Origin: a virus
Taxonomy: Duplodnaviria; Caudoviricetes
IMG/VR virus record: IMGVR_UViG_3300005326_000040
Location: 160,001 to 224,000 of that record
Strand: one strand, 5' to 3'
DNA: 64,000 nt
The position numbers and the translations under genes are program-made. A model generated the notes under the pieces. That model did no database searches, was not told where the DNA came from, and was given only the letters and a program-made list of their open reading frames with translations. Shown in pieces: positions 26,533 to 35,927 of this stretch; within the stretch, counting starts at the first letter, position 1, and each line of letters begins with the position of its first letter.

Positions 26533-26833
26533 TGATAAACATCAAAAAATGATGGATTATCTTAAGGAAGTAGAATCTATTCTTCCTGAGATTAGTGATT
26601 GGAAGCCTGAAGTACGAGATGATATGCCTGGGCACGCTCGTGCTTTTACAGGAAGTGTGAAGGGGTGGCATGTCGTTGTTGTTGATTTTGACATTAGTGA
26701 TCAGGGATTCCCTCCGGGAACTCGCGGGTATGACGGGGCGGCACGCAATGCGGCGGAAGGAGTAGTTCTTCATTTCACGAGGGAGCTTGCAGAAATAGCG
26801 ATTAGGTTGGCAGTTAGTAAAACCATGGTGTGA
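26522..26833 (+). CDS. hypothetical protein
   Basis: 103-aa ORF. Confidence 0.7.
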   Translation: MSINDKHQKMMDYLKEVESILPEISDWKPEVRDDMPGHARAFTGSVKGWHVVVVDFDISDQGFPPGTRGYDGAARNAAEGVVLHFTRELAEIAIRLAVSKTMV

Positions 26834-26837
26834 GGCG

Positions 26838-27224
26838 ATGTATTTGGATAGACTTTTCCGCGCTTCTAGAGATAAGCTTTTTTATTGGGCGCAGTTTGAT
26901 CATTTATATCCTCAGATTTATGCTGTAGAATTGTTTTTTGATTCGCCGGTTGTGAGTTTAGATGAAGTGTTATGTTTTGGTCGGGGACATTTTTTATACG
27001 CAGGAGAAAATGGCACTTGGAATGAAAATTCCGCCCAACAAATGACAACGCTTTTGTGGAAGAATATGTCTCATTATGCGCGCGGTTGTAATTTGTCAGC
27101 CGTTTCATTTTCTAATCTTCCCAGATCGATTTTCGAAATAACACTTAGAGAACTTATGTGCAGTATAAAGAAGTGTCCTGGGCCATGGTTGACTGAAGAG
27201 GAAAAACTAAAAGAGATTAAATAA
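26838..27224 (+). CDS. hypothetical protein
   Basis: GAGG RBS, 128 aa. Confidence 0.7.
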   Translation: MYLDRLFRASRDKLFYWAQFDHLYPQIYAVELFFDSPVVSLDEVLCFGRGHFLYAGENGTWNENSAQQMTTLLWKNMSHYARGCNLSAVSFSNLPRSIFEITLRELMCSIKKCPGPWLTEEEKLKEIK

Positions 27225-27274
27225 TCCTATCATTTTTGCCATCCATGTTTTTTATGGTATCTCCATAGGAGCAC

Positions 27275-27469
27275 ATGGATGATAAAGAAATGAAATTTGA
27301 ACTCCCCCTTTCTTTTAGTGTTGGGTCACAAGTTACACGGCAGCATGTTGAATTAGCCAAACGGGAAGCAGCATCCTTTCCTGGAGGCTCACGGGAATGT
27401 ATCGCCTGGACTTCTTATGCGAAAAGGCTTGAAAGAGAATGCCTCAAGCAAGAAGAACTGAACAAATAG
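27275..27469 (+). CDS. hypothetical protein
   Basis: AGGAG RBS, 64 aa. Confidence 0.7.
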   Translation: MDDKEMKFELPLSFSVGSQVTRQHVELAKREAASFPGGSRECIAWTSYAKRLERECLKQEELNK

Positions 27470-27954
27470 TTTTTGACGTAAGTCATCATTATTCTATTTT
27501 GCTTGCGCTTGCTTCTCAGGCGCGAGCGCACATGGAAATTCTTGTCAAATTAGCAAAAGGTACATTGCCATGGGGGATGGCAGGGTACTGTGGTGTAGGT
27601 TCCAGACACCTTCAGTCTTTGGCTAAGTCTGCTGGAATCGATATTGATTTGGTATATGGTCGTTATAGCTCGAAGCGTCATTCTTCGGGTCATTGCTGGA
27701 CGGAATATCAAAATAAAGTAATTGATGTAACGGCAACGCAATTCTTTCGAGATCATATTGACGCTCCGATTTATCTATTTGACAAAGGATTTGACAAGCG
27801 CTACATTCCGTTGTATAGGAATGAGCTAGCGGATGAAGTCATTCGGTGTTGGACGCGGGAGCAGAATTATTATTGTTATCGAGATGCGTTAACAACCATC
27901 ACTCGATTGTATGGCTTATCGCTGATTCGAGCAATAACGGAACAAAGGGTATGA
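27439..27954 (+). CDS. transglutaminase-like (Cys-His-Asp) protein
   Basis: GYCG...GHCW.....VIDVTATQF; true start may be downstream. Confidence 0.55.
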   Translation: MPQARRTEQIVFDVSHHYSILLALASQARAHMEILVKLAKGTLPWGMAGYCGVGSRHLQSLAKSAGIDIDLVYGRYSSKRHSSGHCWTEYQNKVIDVTATQFFRDHIDAPIYLFDKGFDKRYIPLYRNELADEVIRCWTREQNYYCYRDALTTITRLYGLSLIRAITEQRV

Positions 27955-28457
27955 AAATGGGAACCGTAGACACTGGCGCTATGCAATATTTGTATATGAT
28001 TTTTGTTACCCCGCTTGGAAAGGGGTACGGTTGTTTTGCTATCAAAAGGAATGGAGATAACTACACAGTATCATCCTCTTACTGTCACCCAACAGATCGA
28101 AAGCTTTTCCGAAAGGAAGTAGCGAGGGACAAGGCTTGCAAGATGATGCTTGCGCCTCGTCGGAAGAGGTTGGAAGCTTTGGATTCAGTTGGTGCGAAGC
28201 CTTCTGTGACCGTAGTGTTCTCGAAGGAAAGCCCGCAACAGAACATTGAAAATGCAACGATTGTGAACGCTGCTCTTGAACAGCGGCTCATGATGCCCTC
28301 TTGGGCGAAGCGGGCGTACAATCTTCATCACTTTACGTGTGGCTTGACCAAGGACAATATGACTTGGAACAAGCTCGTTGCGGAAGTTGGCGCAGTAGAC
28401 TTCTTGCTTGATCATTTTCGAGCAATGAATATTGTTCACATGGACATAGATTGGTGA
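27951..28457 (+). CDS. hypothetical protein
   Basis: ATG 27951 overlaps previous stop; AGGG RBS. Confidence 0.75.
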   Translation: MKMGTVDTGAMQYLYMIFVTPLGKGYGCFAIKRNGDNYTVSSSYCHPTDRKLFRKEVARDKACKMMLAPRRKRLEALDSVGAKPSVTVVFSKESPQQNIENATIVNAALEQRLMMPSWAKRAYNLHHFTCGLTKDNMTWNKLVAEVGAVDFLLDHFRAMNIVHMDIDW

Positions 28458-28465
28458 AAGCTTAA

Positions 28466-28610
28466 GGTGGGGCCGGGAACCTGCAATTCCCGGTAAGGCA
28501 CAACAGAAGTAAAAACTTCGCCAGTGCCAAGCCCCTTCACGCGTAGGCTGGTATAACACACCCCTCCGCCTGAAGTCGCTAGACCAGTTTTCCGTGAAGG
28601 GGCCTCACCA
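28466..28610 (+). ncRNA. unclassified structured RNA with four-way junction
   Basis: Closing GGTGGGG/CCTCACC; arms CCGGGAA/TTCCCGG, GGCAC/GTGCC with inner GAAGT/ACTTC, GCCCCTTCACG/CGTGAAGGGGC; GC-rich island followed by pyrimidine run. Confidence 0.65.
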
Positions 28611-28660
28611 TGGTTTTCCCTTTCTTCTTTTTATCAACTTCAAATTAAAGGAAATTCTTT

Positions 28661-29041
28661 ATGAACGACCCTGCGGTTCGTGGTAAGAGTGTTTTGCGAG
28701 TTGTGCGATGCCCTTTGGATGGCCCGCCAGAGGTTATTGATCTGAAAAACGATTACAGGTGTTTTTCAGAAGCTGTTTTTGATAAGAGCACAGATACAGT
28801 TTATGGGTTTTATTCTGACATTTCTAGAGGGGGAGACAAGTTTGGCACTGATTATATGGTTATTTATGGTTATTATTCCCGCACGGTAAATGTGTATGGA
28901 TATCGCGGGATAATTCTTATTGTGAATTGGGATAAAGCTTCTAATAATGCTGTTGATATGAAGTGCTCAAATATCATTGAGGTCTTCAAAAAGATTACGC
29001 GTTCCAAAGCGGCAAGGAAGCGCGTTAAAAAGGCTAGATAA
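28661..29041 (+). CDS. DUF3846-like paralog 5
   Basis: LRVVRCPLDGPPEVIDLKN...DMKCSNIIEVF. Confidence 0.65.
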   Translation: MNDPAVRGKSVLRVVRCPLDGPPEVIDLKNDYRCFSEAVFDKSTDTVYGFYSDISRGGDKFGTDYMVIYGYYSRTVNVYGYRGIILIVNWDKASNNAVDMKCSNIIEVFKKITRSKAARKRVKKAR

Positions 29042-29042
29042 A

Positions 29043-29732
29043 ATGGGACTTAGACATAAGAACACTGAAGTAGACGACCATCTTATGGCGACTCTTCCTA
29101 ATCTTGCTCTTTCAGCTGAGCAAAAGGTGCTTGTTGAAAACAATTTGGGTTTGGTTGGACATATTGCCCACGCTTTTGCTGGTTACCAGATGGAACACGA
29201 AGAGTTGTTTCAGTGGGGTTGTTTTGGTTTAATGCATGCCGCAATGAAATACGATGCGGATAAGGGCGAATTCAAAAGCTATGCCGGAACGTGGATTCGC
29301 TGCTACATTAAGAGTGCGGTTAGATTTATGTGGAGCCAAGTAGTTATGAAAAAGACTACTGCGAAAGGAGGCTTTTGGTCGGAAGAAGGAAAGTTTCGCG
29401 GTAGACGTGATGCGTATCTTAGCGAAACGGTTTATAGAGATTCCGAGAATGTAACGTTGTTGGATACATTGTCTGCTAGTTCAGATGGTTCTGTTAATGA
29501 ATTTGAAAAAAGTGAACAGATTGATAGGTTGAGTAAAGTTATAGAAAAGGCAGAACAACATCCTACTTCGCCATTGCTTCCTCGTGAAAAGGAAGTTATT
29601 AAAATGGTGTATTGGGATGATCAGAATTTTGTTGAAATTGGTAAAAAGCAACATGCTCATAAGAATCGGATTGGCTTCGTGCATGACCGGGCGATGGCGA
29701 AGCTGCAACGCGCAGCTGCGCATATCCAGTAA
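29043..29732 (+). CDS. RNA polymerase sigma factor, sigma70 family
   Basis: Region 2 LVENNLGLV...EELFQWGCFGLMHAAMKYDADKG.FKSYAGTWIR; region 4 LLPREKEVIKM...FVEIGK...RAMAKLQ. Confidence 0.9.
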   Translation: MGLRHKNTEVDDHLMATLPNLALSAEQKVLVENNLGLVGHIAHAFAGYQMEHEELFQWGCFGLMHAAMKYDADKGEFKSYAGTWIRCYIKSAVRFMWSQVVMKKTTAKGGFWSEEGKFRGRRDAYLSETVYRDSENVTLLDTLSASSDGSVNEFEKSEQIDRLSKVIEKAEQHPTSPLLPREKEVIKMVYWDDQNFVEIGKKQHAHKNRIGFVHDRAMAKLQRAAAHIQ

Positions 29733-29778
29733 AAGTAAATTTCCAGTCCTATTGTAATTTCACCATAACCTATTTCGA

Positions 29779-29806
29779 TTGACACGGCCCGCGTGCGGTG
29801 TAAGAT
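29779..29806 (+). promoter_or_regulatory. sigma70-type promoter
   Basis: TTGACA-16 nt-TAAGAT with TG extension. Confidence 0.7.
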
Positions 29807-29812
29807 ACGGTT

Positions 29813-30700
29813 ATGTTTGGCGCCGAGGCATATGCTCGTTTGATGGATTTGCGGGACGAAGATGGCGTTGTTATCGAGCAAAAGGAAAAGCGAGGAAGAA
29901 TGGCTACTTCAAATTTGGAAGAAGTGAAACAATTTGTGCTCTCTTATAAGCAAACTGAAAATGAAGCAATTCTGGATTCTTTGGAATCGGCCGGAAAATA
30001 TGACCGGGCTGTTATTATGAGCGCAATGAAAGCTCTTCAGAATGACGGGCGCGGACGGTTTGTTGTTGGGCGTAAGGGTGGTAAAACCCGTTTTGAATTT
30101 GGCGCGCAGGTTGAAGAAAAGCCAAGCGCTCCTCCCGCGCAGGAATCGAAGATTAACATCATTGCCAATGGGCTCGAAAACGTAATCAAGCAGGAGCAAG
30201 AAAAGAATCCCAACAACCCTCTCATCTTCAATGTTGATGAGCTTGCTGCTCGGGTAGACCGTTCATTGCTTATTGCTGCTTTCCGCGTTTTGGAGACGCG
30301 ACAAATTGGAACGTTCATCGTTGGTCGTAAGGAACAGTCTAGCCGATTTGTGGTGGGAGAGGTCAAGAAGGAAAAGCCGGTAGTTGATGTCATTAGAAGT
30401 TCGGACCCTTCTCGTTATGACCTGCCCGTTCCGGAAGTTGGACCATTCTCTGAAAGCGGAGTATCAGTTCCTGGTCGCGAAGATAAGGAATTGAGCGTTT
30501 CTGGAGCAATGATTCGGCTAACGCCGGAAGCTGTTGTGTTGCTGGTGAATATGCCTGGAGGAAAAGATTCTGTAGAAGATGCAGTGGCGGTAGTTCCGCA
30601 ATTGAGTTCTCTTCCTGAAGACAAGAAGTCTCTGCTTATTGAAGGTTTGAAACGCCACGCTTTTGTTTATACTCAGTTTCTTGGTGTCGAGTTGGAGTAG
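29813..30700 (+). CDS. winged-helix-like paralog family member B (two repeats; start may be ATG 29900)
   Basis: DRAVIMSAMKALQNDGRGRFVVGRKGGKTRF and DRSLLIAAFRVLETRQIGTFIVGRKEQSSRF; C-terminal GGKDSVEDAVAVV. Confidence 0.75.
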   Translation: MFGAEAYARLMDLRDEDGVVIEQKEKRGRMATSNLEEVKQFVLSYKQTENEAILDSLESAGKYDRAVIMSAMKALQNDGRGRFVVGRKGGKTRFEFGAQVEEKPSAPPAQESKINIIANGLENVIKQEQEKNPNNPLIFNVDELAARVDRSLLIAAFRVLETRQIGTFIVGRKEQSSRFVVGEVKKEKPVVDVIRSSDPSRYDLPVPEVGPFSESGVSVPGREDKELSVSGAMIRLTPEAVVLLVNMPGGKDSVEDAVAVVPQLSSLPEDKKSLLIEGLKRHAFVYTQFLGVELE

Positions 30701-30711
30701 AGGAGAATCGA

Positions 30712-32415
30712 ATGGAAACCACGACCTTTATCTGTGAGGCTTGTCAGGCTCCTGCTTCGAACTGTATGTTTGGAGCTAAGGACGATGTTGAGTATCGATT
30801 TTATGGTTGTCGTGAACACTTTATGGACCTTTGCACAAAGCATGTAAACGAAGGTTTTCGCTTTAAGACGGCGAAAAAGATTGCTGAAATTCCTGGCGGG
30901 GCAGCGTTGGTTGCTGCTGCCGCTCCTATTCCTGTAGCTCCTGTTCAATTGGCTGCACCTGCTGTTGTGGTGCCTAAGGTTGTAGAGCCGCAGAAGAAGG
31001 TGGCGGTAATTGAGAACCCTTCGCTTCCTCATTCGCTCCCTGTAGTCGCTATGCAGGCGACTGAAATTGATGATGACAATGGTGGTGTGGACGCCAAGTC
31101 AGGAAGGAAGATTAGTGCCAAGGGCAAGTTGCGAGCTTTGCTTGATGAAGCTGAAGCGATTCAGAGCGGTTTCATTTTGAAGCGGCCTCTTTACAGCTTG
31201 GGCACTACGGTGATTGATGTTGGGCAAGAGAACTTCCGTCGTTCTCGTCAAGAATTTGAAGCGCGTCCCAGGGTGAAGGATGCATGCGATTCTCTTATTT
31301 CCCAGATTCAGTCAGAAAAGCGTGCAGACGCTTATGTTAACTTGACTGACCTTACGATGTTTGCTGATGGTCGGATGGGTCGTTTGGTTGACAACAAGCC
31401 ATTGAAGAGTTCAGCAATCCTTGCGAACGCTGATGTTCTTGGACAATTGATGTCGCTGACCAATTTGGATACGAGCGCTGGAAAGTACTGGGATCGTTGC
31501 CCAACAGCGTTGCGGGCTTTGAATGTCAACTATTGGTTGGCTACGGCGAAAGCGAACAAGAAGGTCAAGCTTCGTGTTCGTATGATTAACGGCAATGACG
31601 GTATGCCCGACCAGGAGATTTACTCGGTTGTAACGAAGAAGTATTCTACGTTTGATATCAATCACGTCGCGGCTATCGTAAAGGAAGAGATTCCTGAAGA
31701 CGCTCGCGCAGAGATTGTTTATGACGGTTTCTATGCGCGAATTAATGTTACGTTCCACTCTGATATTCGCCCTGAAGACGCTGTTGCTGGCGAAATCTTC
31801 AAGGTTGGAATTACCATCAAGGCTGCGGATGATGGCTCCGGGTCTATTTGGGTTATTGTTTTCGTTGAAAGAAACCTTTGTTTGAATCTGATTGTAATCG
31901 ATGTCTCTAAGCAGACGGTCGTAACGCAGAGTCATACGGGCGATCAGGAAAAGATTGCTGCTGCGATTCGAGAAGGTATTTCCAAGGCGCATAGCAAGAT
32001 TGAAGTGTTCTCTAGGCAGTGGGGATTTGCCAACAAGAGCAACCTTCTTCTGCCGGAATCGACAATTGACATCGAGCATTCTGATTCGGATTCGCCCAGG
32101 TTCAATTTGAGCCATGAATTGTTTATGGCTGCGCTGTTCAATGGCATGATTGAACGTGAATTGGTTCCGGTTTCTGGTGGTCGTGAGAATACCATTAAGA
32201 ATCTTTATGGCGCATGGAAGAAGGAACCGGCTCTTACGAGGGCTGGCGTGGTCAACGCGATGACTCGCGCTGCTCACGAGGTCAACCATGCAACCCCTTG
32301 GTTTGAAGATAAGATGCAGCAGGCTGCTGGCGAGATTCTGATGGGAGACAAATGGCGTCCGCTGCCTTGGCAGCAAGTTGACCCTATGCTGGAAGAGGCT
32401 TTGAGGCAGCTGTAA
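30712..32415 (+). CDS. DUF932-like protein with N-terminal Zn finger
   Basis: CEAC..CREH N-terminus; GITIKAADDGSGSIWV..FVERNLCLNLIV..QSHTG core. Confidence 0.75.
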   Translation: METTTFICEACQAPASNCMFGAKDDVEYRFYGCREHFMDLCTKHVNEGFRFKTAKKIAEIPGGAALVAAAAPIPVAPVQLAAPAVVVPKVVEPQKKVAVIENPSLPHSLPVVAMQATEIDDDNGGVDAKSGRKISAKGKLRALLDEAEAIQSGFILKRPLYSLGTTVIDVGQENFRRSRQEFEARPRVKDACDSLISQIQSEKRADAYVNLTDLTMFADGRMGRLVDNKPLKSSAILANADVLGQLMSLTNLDTSAGKYWDRCPTALRALNVNYWLATAKANKKVKLRVRMINGNDGMPDQEIYSVVTKKYSTFDINHVAAIVKEEIPEDARAEIVYDGFYARINVTFHSDIRPEDAVAGEIFKVGITIKAADDGSGSIWVIVFVERNLCLNLIVIDVSKQTVVTQSHTGDQEKIAAAIREGISKAHSKIEVFSRQWGFANKSNLLLPESTIDIEHSDSDSPRFNLSHELFMAALFNGMIERELVPVSGGRENTIKNLYGAWKKEPALTRAGVVNAMTRAAHEVNHATPWFEDKMQQAAGEILMGDKWRPLPWQQVDPMLEEALRQL

Positions 32416-32423
32416 TAATCACC

Positions 32424-32891
32424 ATGAAGTACTATTCTAAAGTGTCAAAACACTTGGTTCGCAAATACGTTTCTAAACGACTTGGAAAGCGTATTCAATG
32501 GGCTTTGAGTTTGGATTCCGGAGCAATCGTAAATGATTGCTCCGGGTTTAACCGTATTGTCAAAGACATTGAAATTAGAGTTAGGAATTTTGGTGCCGCT
32601 GGCGGTTGGATTATTTGGGATGTTGATTTTACGATGGAGAATGGTGGCGGGTGTTCGCTTCGACATTGCGGAGTTGCCCCGCCTCGTTCTAGGGACGAGA
32701 TTGAAAAACAACATCTCAATTTTTTGAACTACTGGGTGACTGAAGGTGCGGCGAGTTGGTATAATTTAGGAGACAGCGATTTGCGAGAGCGATATTCAAA
32801 ATTGGTAGAAAAATTGGAGATGCTCAAGGCAGGCAAACATATCTGTGATGAGAGAGGGTTGATTTTGGATGGGGTTTTAGACGGCATTTAG
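32424..32891 (+). CDS. hypothetical protein
   Basis: 155-aa ORF. Confidence 0.75.
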   Translation: MKYYSKVSKHLVRKYVSKRLGKRIQWALSLDSGAIVNDCSGFNRIVKDIEIRVRNFGAAGGWIIWDVDFTMENGGGCSLRHCGVAPPRSRDEIEKQHLNFLNYWVTEGAASWYNLGDSDLRERYSKLVEKLEMLKAGKHICDERGLILDGVLDGI

Positions 32892-32914
32892 TTTGTTGTA
32901 AGTAAAATGGTGGG

Positions 32915-32945
32915 AAGGGAGGAACAATGTTCCTCCCTTTTTTCC
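32915..32945 (+). terminator. Rho-independent terminator
   Basis: AAGGGAGGAAC/GTTCCTCCCTT 11-bp stem plus T-run. Confidence 0.85.
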
Positions 32946-32984
32946 TACATCCTTTGATATATATGTTCCTTAGAGGTTATTTAT

Positions 32985-33494
32985 ATGCTGAAACTAGAGA
33001 CAATTTTTGCAAACAAAGCTATTATTCACGGGCTTACTGAACCAGAGCTTCCTAAATTTGTGGAGCATGTTATCAAATATACTTGGGTGAACTCAACGCT
33101 TCCAGCAAGCGCTCGGTTTGTAAAGGAATCTGAGAATCCCACGTTGGATAAGATGCCCGTAGGTTTCAATTTGAAGGAAACTGTAGAGCGTGCGGTGAAG
33201 CGAAATGTGCTTCTCTTAGAGACGCTTGGCCCAGTATACTTGGGGCTGAACGTACGCATCACCAATCAGAAGGCTGGAGCTTCCCCAGGAATTCGAGTTG
33301 AATTTGATAAGTTTATGTTTGAGCGAGACGATCGTTTTCGAAACGTAGCTAAGTTTCTAGGAGAACTTATTAAGGCTTGGGAGGGCGCCAAGGAAGTCGT
33401 AAAAGTTCCTGAAGCTCCTGAGGATAACCCTCCGCCAGCGAAGGTTAGCCCTCAACTAAAAGCTAAGAGAGGGCGTCCGCGTAAAGCGAAGTAA
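32985..33494 (+). CDS. hypothetical protein with C-terminal AT-hook
   Basis: GAGGT RBS; ends KAKRGRPRKAK. Confidence 0.75.
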   Translation: MLKLETIFANKAIIHGLTEPELPKFVEHVIKYTWVNSTLPASARFVKESENPTLDKMPVGFNLKETVERAVKRNVLLLETLGPVYLGLNVRITNQKAGASPGIRVEFDKFMFERDDRFRNVAKFLGELIKAWEGAKEVVKVPEAPEDNPPPAKVSPQLKAKRGRPRKAK

Positions 33495-33512
33495 TATTTC
33501 AAAGGACAAAAC

Positions 33513-34949
33513 ATGAAAGTCACTGTTATTGTTCCTTTTGTTCGAATGGAGAATTTCGACAGATGCATTGAATCCATTCGAAAAAATCATGGATTGAGTG
33601 AAGATCCCGAGATTATTTGGGAACAGGACGAACTTGGTATCGGCTGTCCACGAATGGTAAAAAAATTGGTGGACAAATCGACCACCGATTTGGTTTGTTT
33701 TCTTGGAGATGATACCGAGCCCCAGCCAAACTTTCTGAGAAACGCTTTAGCTATGATGCGAAAGCTGGACTTATGGATGGTTGGATTTAATGACACTCAT
33801 ACGGTTCGTCCAACACATTGGTTAGCCAGCAAGAAACTTCTTAACGAAAGAGGGGAGTTTTTTGATACTCGGTTTGTACATAATTATTCTGATACAGAAC
33901 TGATGTTTCGTGCGGAACGGTTGGGGAAGTATGCTTGGTGTGAACAAGCTGTTGTTTTACACCATAACCCGTTAGCGGAAAAAAACATAAAACAAATCGA
34001 TAAGTTTTATCAACGGGGAGCAGATTACTTAAATCAAGACGAAAATCTTTTTCACGAATTGTGTTCTAAAGTATCTGTTGGCATGATTGTAAAGAATGAA
34101 GAAGTCATGTTGGCAGAGTGTCTTGAATCAGTAAAGGGCGCGGATGAAATAGTTGTTGTTGACACTGGTTCAACCGATCGAACCAAAGAAATAGCTGCTA
34201 GATATACTGATAAGATATACGATTTCAAATGGATTGATGATTTCGCGGCAGCTAGGAATTTCGTTATATCGAAATGTTCTCATGACTGGATTCTGTCTAT
34301 AGATGCTGATCAGTTATTGCTTCCCGGCAGTTTAGAACACTTCAAAGCTTTCTTACGTTCAAATGTAGAAATGCTGACTATTGGCACACACATGGTTGAC
34401 CCTGGTGTAGAATATTATGTGCCTAGGTTTTTCCGTAACGTTCCTTGCAATAGATGGCAGGGTATGATTCATGAAGCTATTGTGTTGACGCCCGGCAGGC
34501 ATATTGAATTGTCGGAAGTAAAGATTACCAGTAGGTTTAGTCCAGCGCATACTCAAGACCCAGATAGAAGTGTACGAATTCTATTGAAAGCGGTAGAGAA
34601 GGAACCAACAAGTTCTCGTTACTGGTATTACTTGGGACGGGAATACTGTTACCTCAAAGAATTTGAAAAAGCAGTATCTTGTTTAGATAAATGTGTTTCT
34701 TTTTGCGCGTGGTTACCTGAAAGAGCAGACGCATATTATTTGAAAGCGCTTTCTTTATGGTATCTTTGTAAGGGAGATAAAGCAAGAGAGGCTTGTTTTC
34801 AAGCTTTGTCTATCAACTCTGAATTCAAGTCTGCCTCTTTGCTTATGGCAGAAATGTCATGGGACCATAACAAAGCGGGTTGGCTTAGGATGGCTAACGG
34901 GGCAACCAATCAAGACGTTTTGTTTCGACGCGAAACGTTGTGCTTTTAG
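33513..34949 (+). CDS. double GT2 glycosyltransferase with TPR tail
   Basis: First GT-A: VIVPF..LGDD..YSDTE..HHNP; second: MIVKNEE..LAECLESV..DTGSTDRT..DFAAARN..SIDAD; C-terminal TPR-like helices. Confidence 0.9.
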   Translation: MKVTVIVPFVRMENFDRCIESIRKNHGLSEDPEIIWEQDELGIGCPRMVKKLVDKSTTDLVCFLGDDTEPQPNFLRNALAMMRKLDLWMVGFNDTHTVRPTHWLASKKLLNERGEFFDTRFVHNYSDTELMFRAERLGKYAWCEQAVVLHHNPLAEKNIKQIDKFYQRGADYLNQDENLFHELCSKVSVGMIVKNEEVMLAECLESVKGADEIVVVDTGSTDRTKEIAARYTDKIYDFKWIDDFAAARNFVISKCSHDWILSIDADQLLLPGSLEHFKAFLRSNVEMLTIGTHMVDPGVEYYVPRFFRNVPCNRWQGMIHEAIVLTPGRHIELSEVKITSRFSPAHTQDPDRSVRILLKAVEKEPTSSRYWYYLGREYCYLKEFEKAVSCLDKCVSFCAWLPERADAYYLKALSLWYLCKGDKAREACFQALSINSEFKSASLLMAEMSWDHNKAGWLRMANGATNQDVLFRRETLCF

Positions 34950-34974
34950 ATCCAATCTATAGAAAGACAGCAAA

Positions 34975-35286
34975 ATGGTAGCAACACATAAGAAAAATGT
35001 GGAAGAAGCTATTAAACAAGCTGCGCCTAAACCTAAAATAAATAAAGACCCAGACTTCTATATTCCTAAAGATTTTGCGGGGCTATTGGCCGAAATTGAT
35101 GCGACTGCTAGGGCTCAGGGAGAATGGGATGGCCGGATGTTGAGTTGTTATGTGGCTTGTCAGGAAGCCTATAAGGCTGGGATTGTGAATGTGCCTCATC
35201 CCTCAGAACGAATGAGGTTGGGTGAAAAGCTTGCTGCTCTCATGAAGGCAGCTAACGAATTGTACAACGCCAAGACTAACGGATAG
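34975..35286 (+). CDS. hypothetical protein
   Basis: 103-aa ORF. Confidence 0.7.
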   Translation: MVATHKKNVEEAIKQAAPKPKINKDPDFYIPKDFAGLLAEIDATARAQGEWDGRMLSCYVACQEAYKAGIVNVPHPSERMRLGEKLAALMKAANELYNAKTNG

Positions 35287-35470
35287 TAAAATGGCAATGC
35301 ACAAGAAGATTGTGGAAGAAGCGCTTGAAGAGGCTCTTGCAGAACTCAAACGTGTTTCTTATCCAATTAATCATACAATGAGTTGCAGCATGAAGGCGGA
35401 GTATGATAAGCAGCATGATATTGCTCGTCGCGCAATCCTTGAAAGATTGTTGGAAAAGTTGAGAAAATAA

Positions 35471-35908
35471 ATGGAACGTCTTGTTCAAGTCGGTTCAATT
35501 TTTGCCGTGCTTGCTTTCATTCACATGTTTGCCGATTTGTTTTCACAGACAGAAAACATAGCCATGCGTAAGCATGATGATTTAAGTTGTCGTTCTACTC
35601 ATTCTATTTTGTATACAATCTTTTTTATTCCACTTATATTGTATGTAAATGTAGGTTTGTATTATACATCCAGTCTTTTATGCTTTATTCTGTGTAGTCA
35701 TTTATGGGGTGATTCATATACGCCTTCCTATGTTTGGGCCAAATATGTTCGGCGGCCAAAAGAAATGACAAAGAAGAACAATGTGGAGGGCTTTATGGAT
35801 TATGCTGGCACAGGAATGGGGAAGGCTCTAATCATTTGGGTTGATCAGATCTATCACTTGGCTTGCCTTCTTCTGGTTGCTTTTGTAATTGTGAATAGCA
35901 CAAAATGA
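35471..35908 (+). CDS. DUF3307-like membrane protein
   Basis: HMFADLFSQ..A.RK, HSILY, SHLWGD, VDQIYH. Confidence 0.8.
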   Translation: MERLVQVGSIFAVLAFIHMFADLFSQTENIAMRKHDDLSCRSTHSILYTIFFIPLILYVNVGLYYTSSLLCFILCSHLWGDSYTPSYVWAKYVRRPKEMTKKNNVEGFMDYAGTGMGKALIIWVDQIYHLACLLLVAFVIVNSTK

Positions 35909-35927
35909 AGTGTAAGGAAATTGACTA

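Noticed and set aside
28466-28610. Cobalamin riboswitch or tmRNA
   Set aside because: GGGAA and GCCAGTG fragments occur, but the B12-box order and T-loops are missing; no tag ORF, G3.U70 pair or T arm for tmRNA
31411-32376. 321-aa minus-strand ORF
   Set aside because: Lies wholly antisense to the DUF932-like gene with no motifs or RBS; shadow ORF
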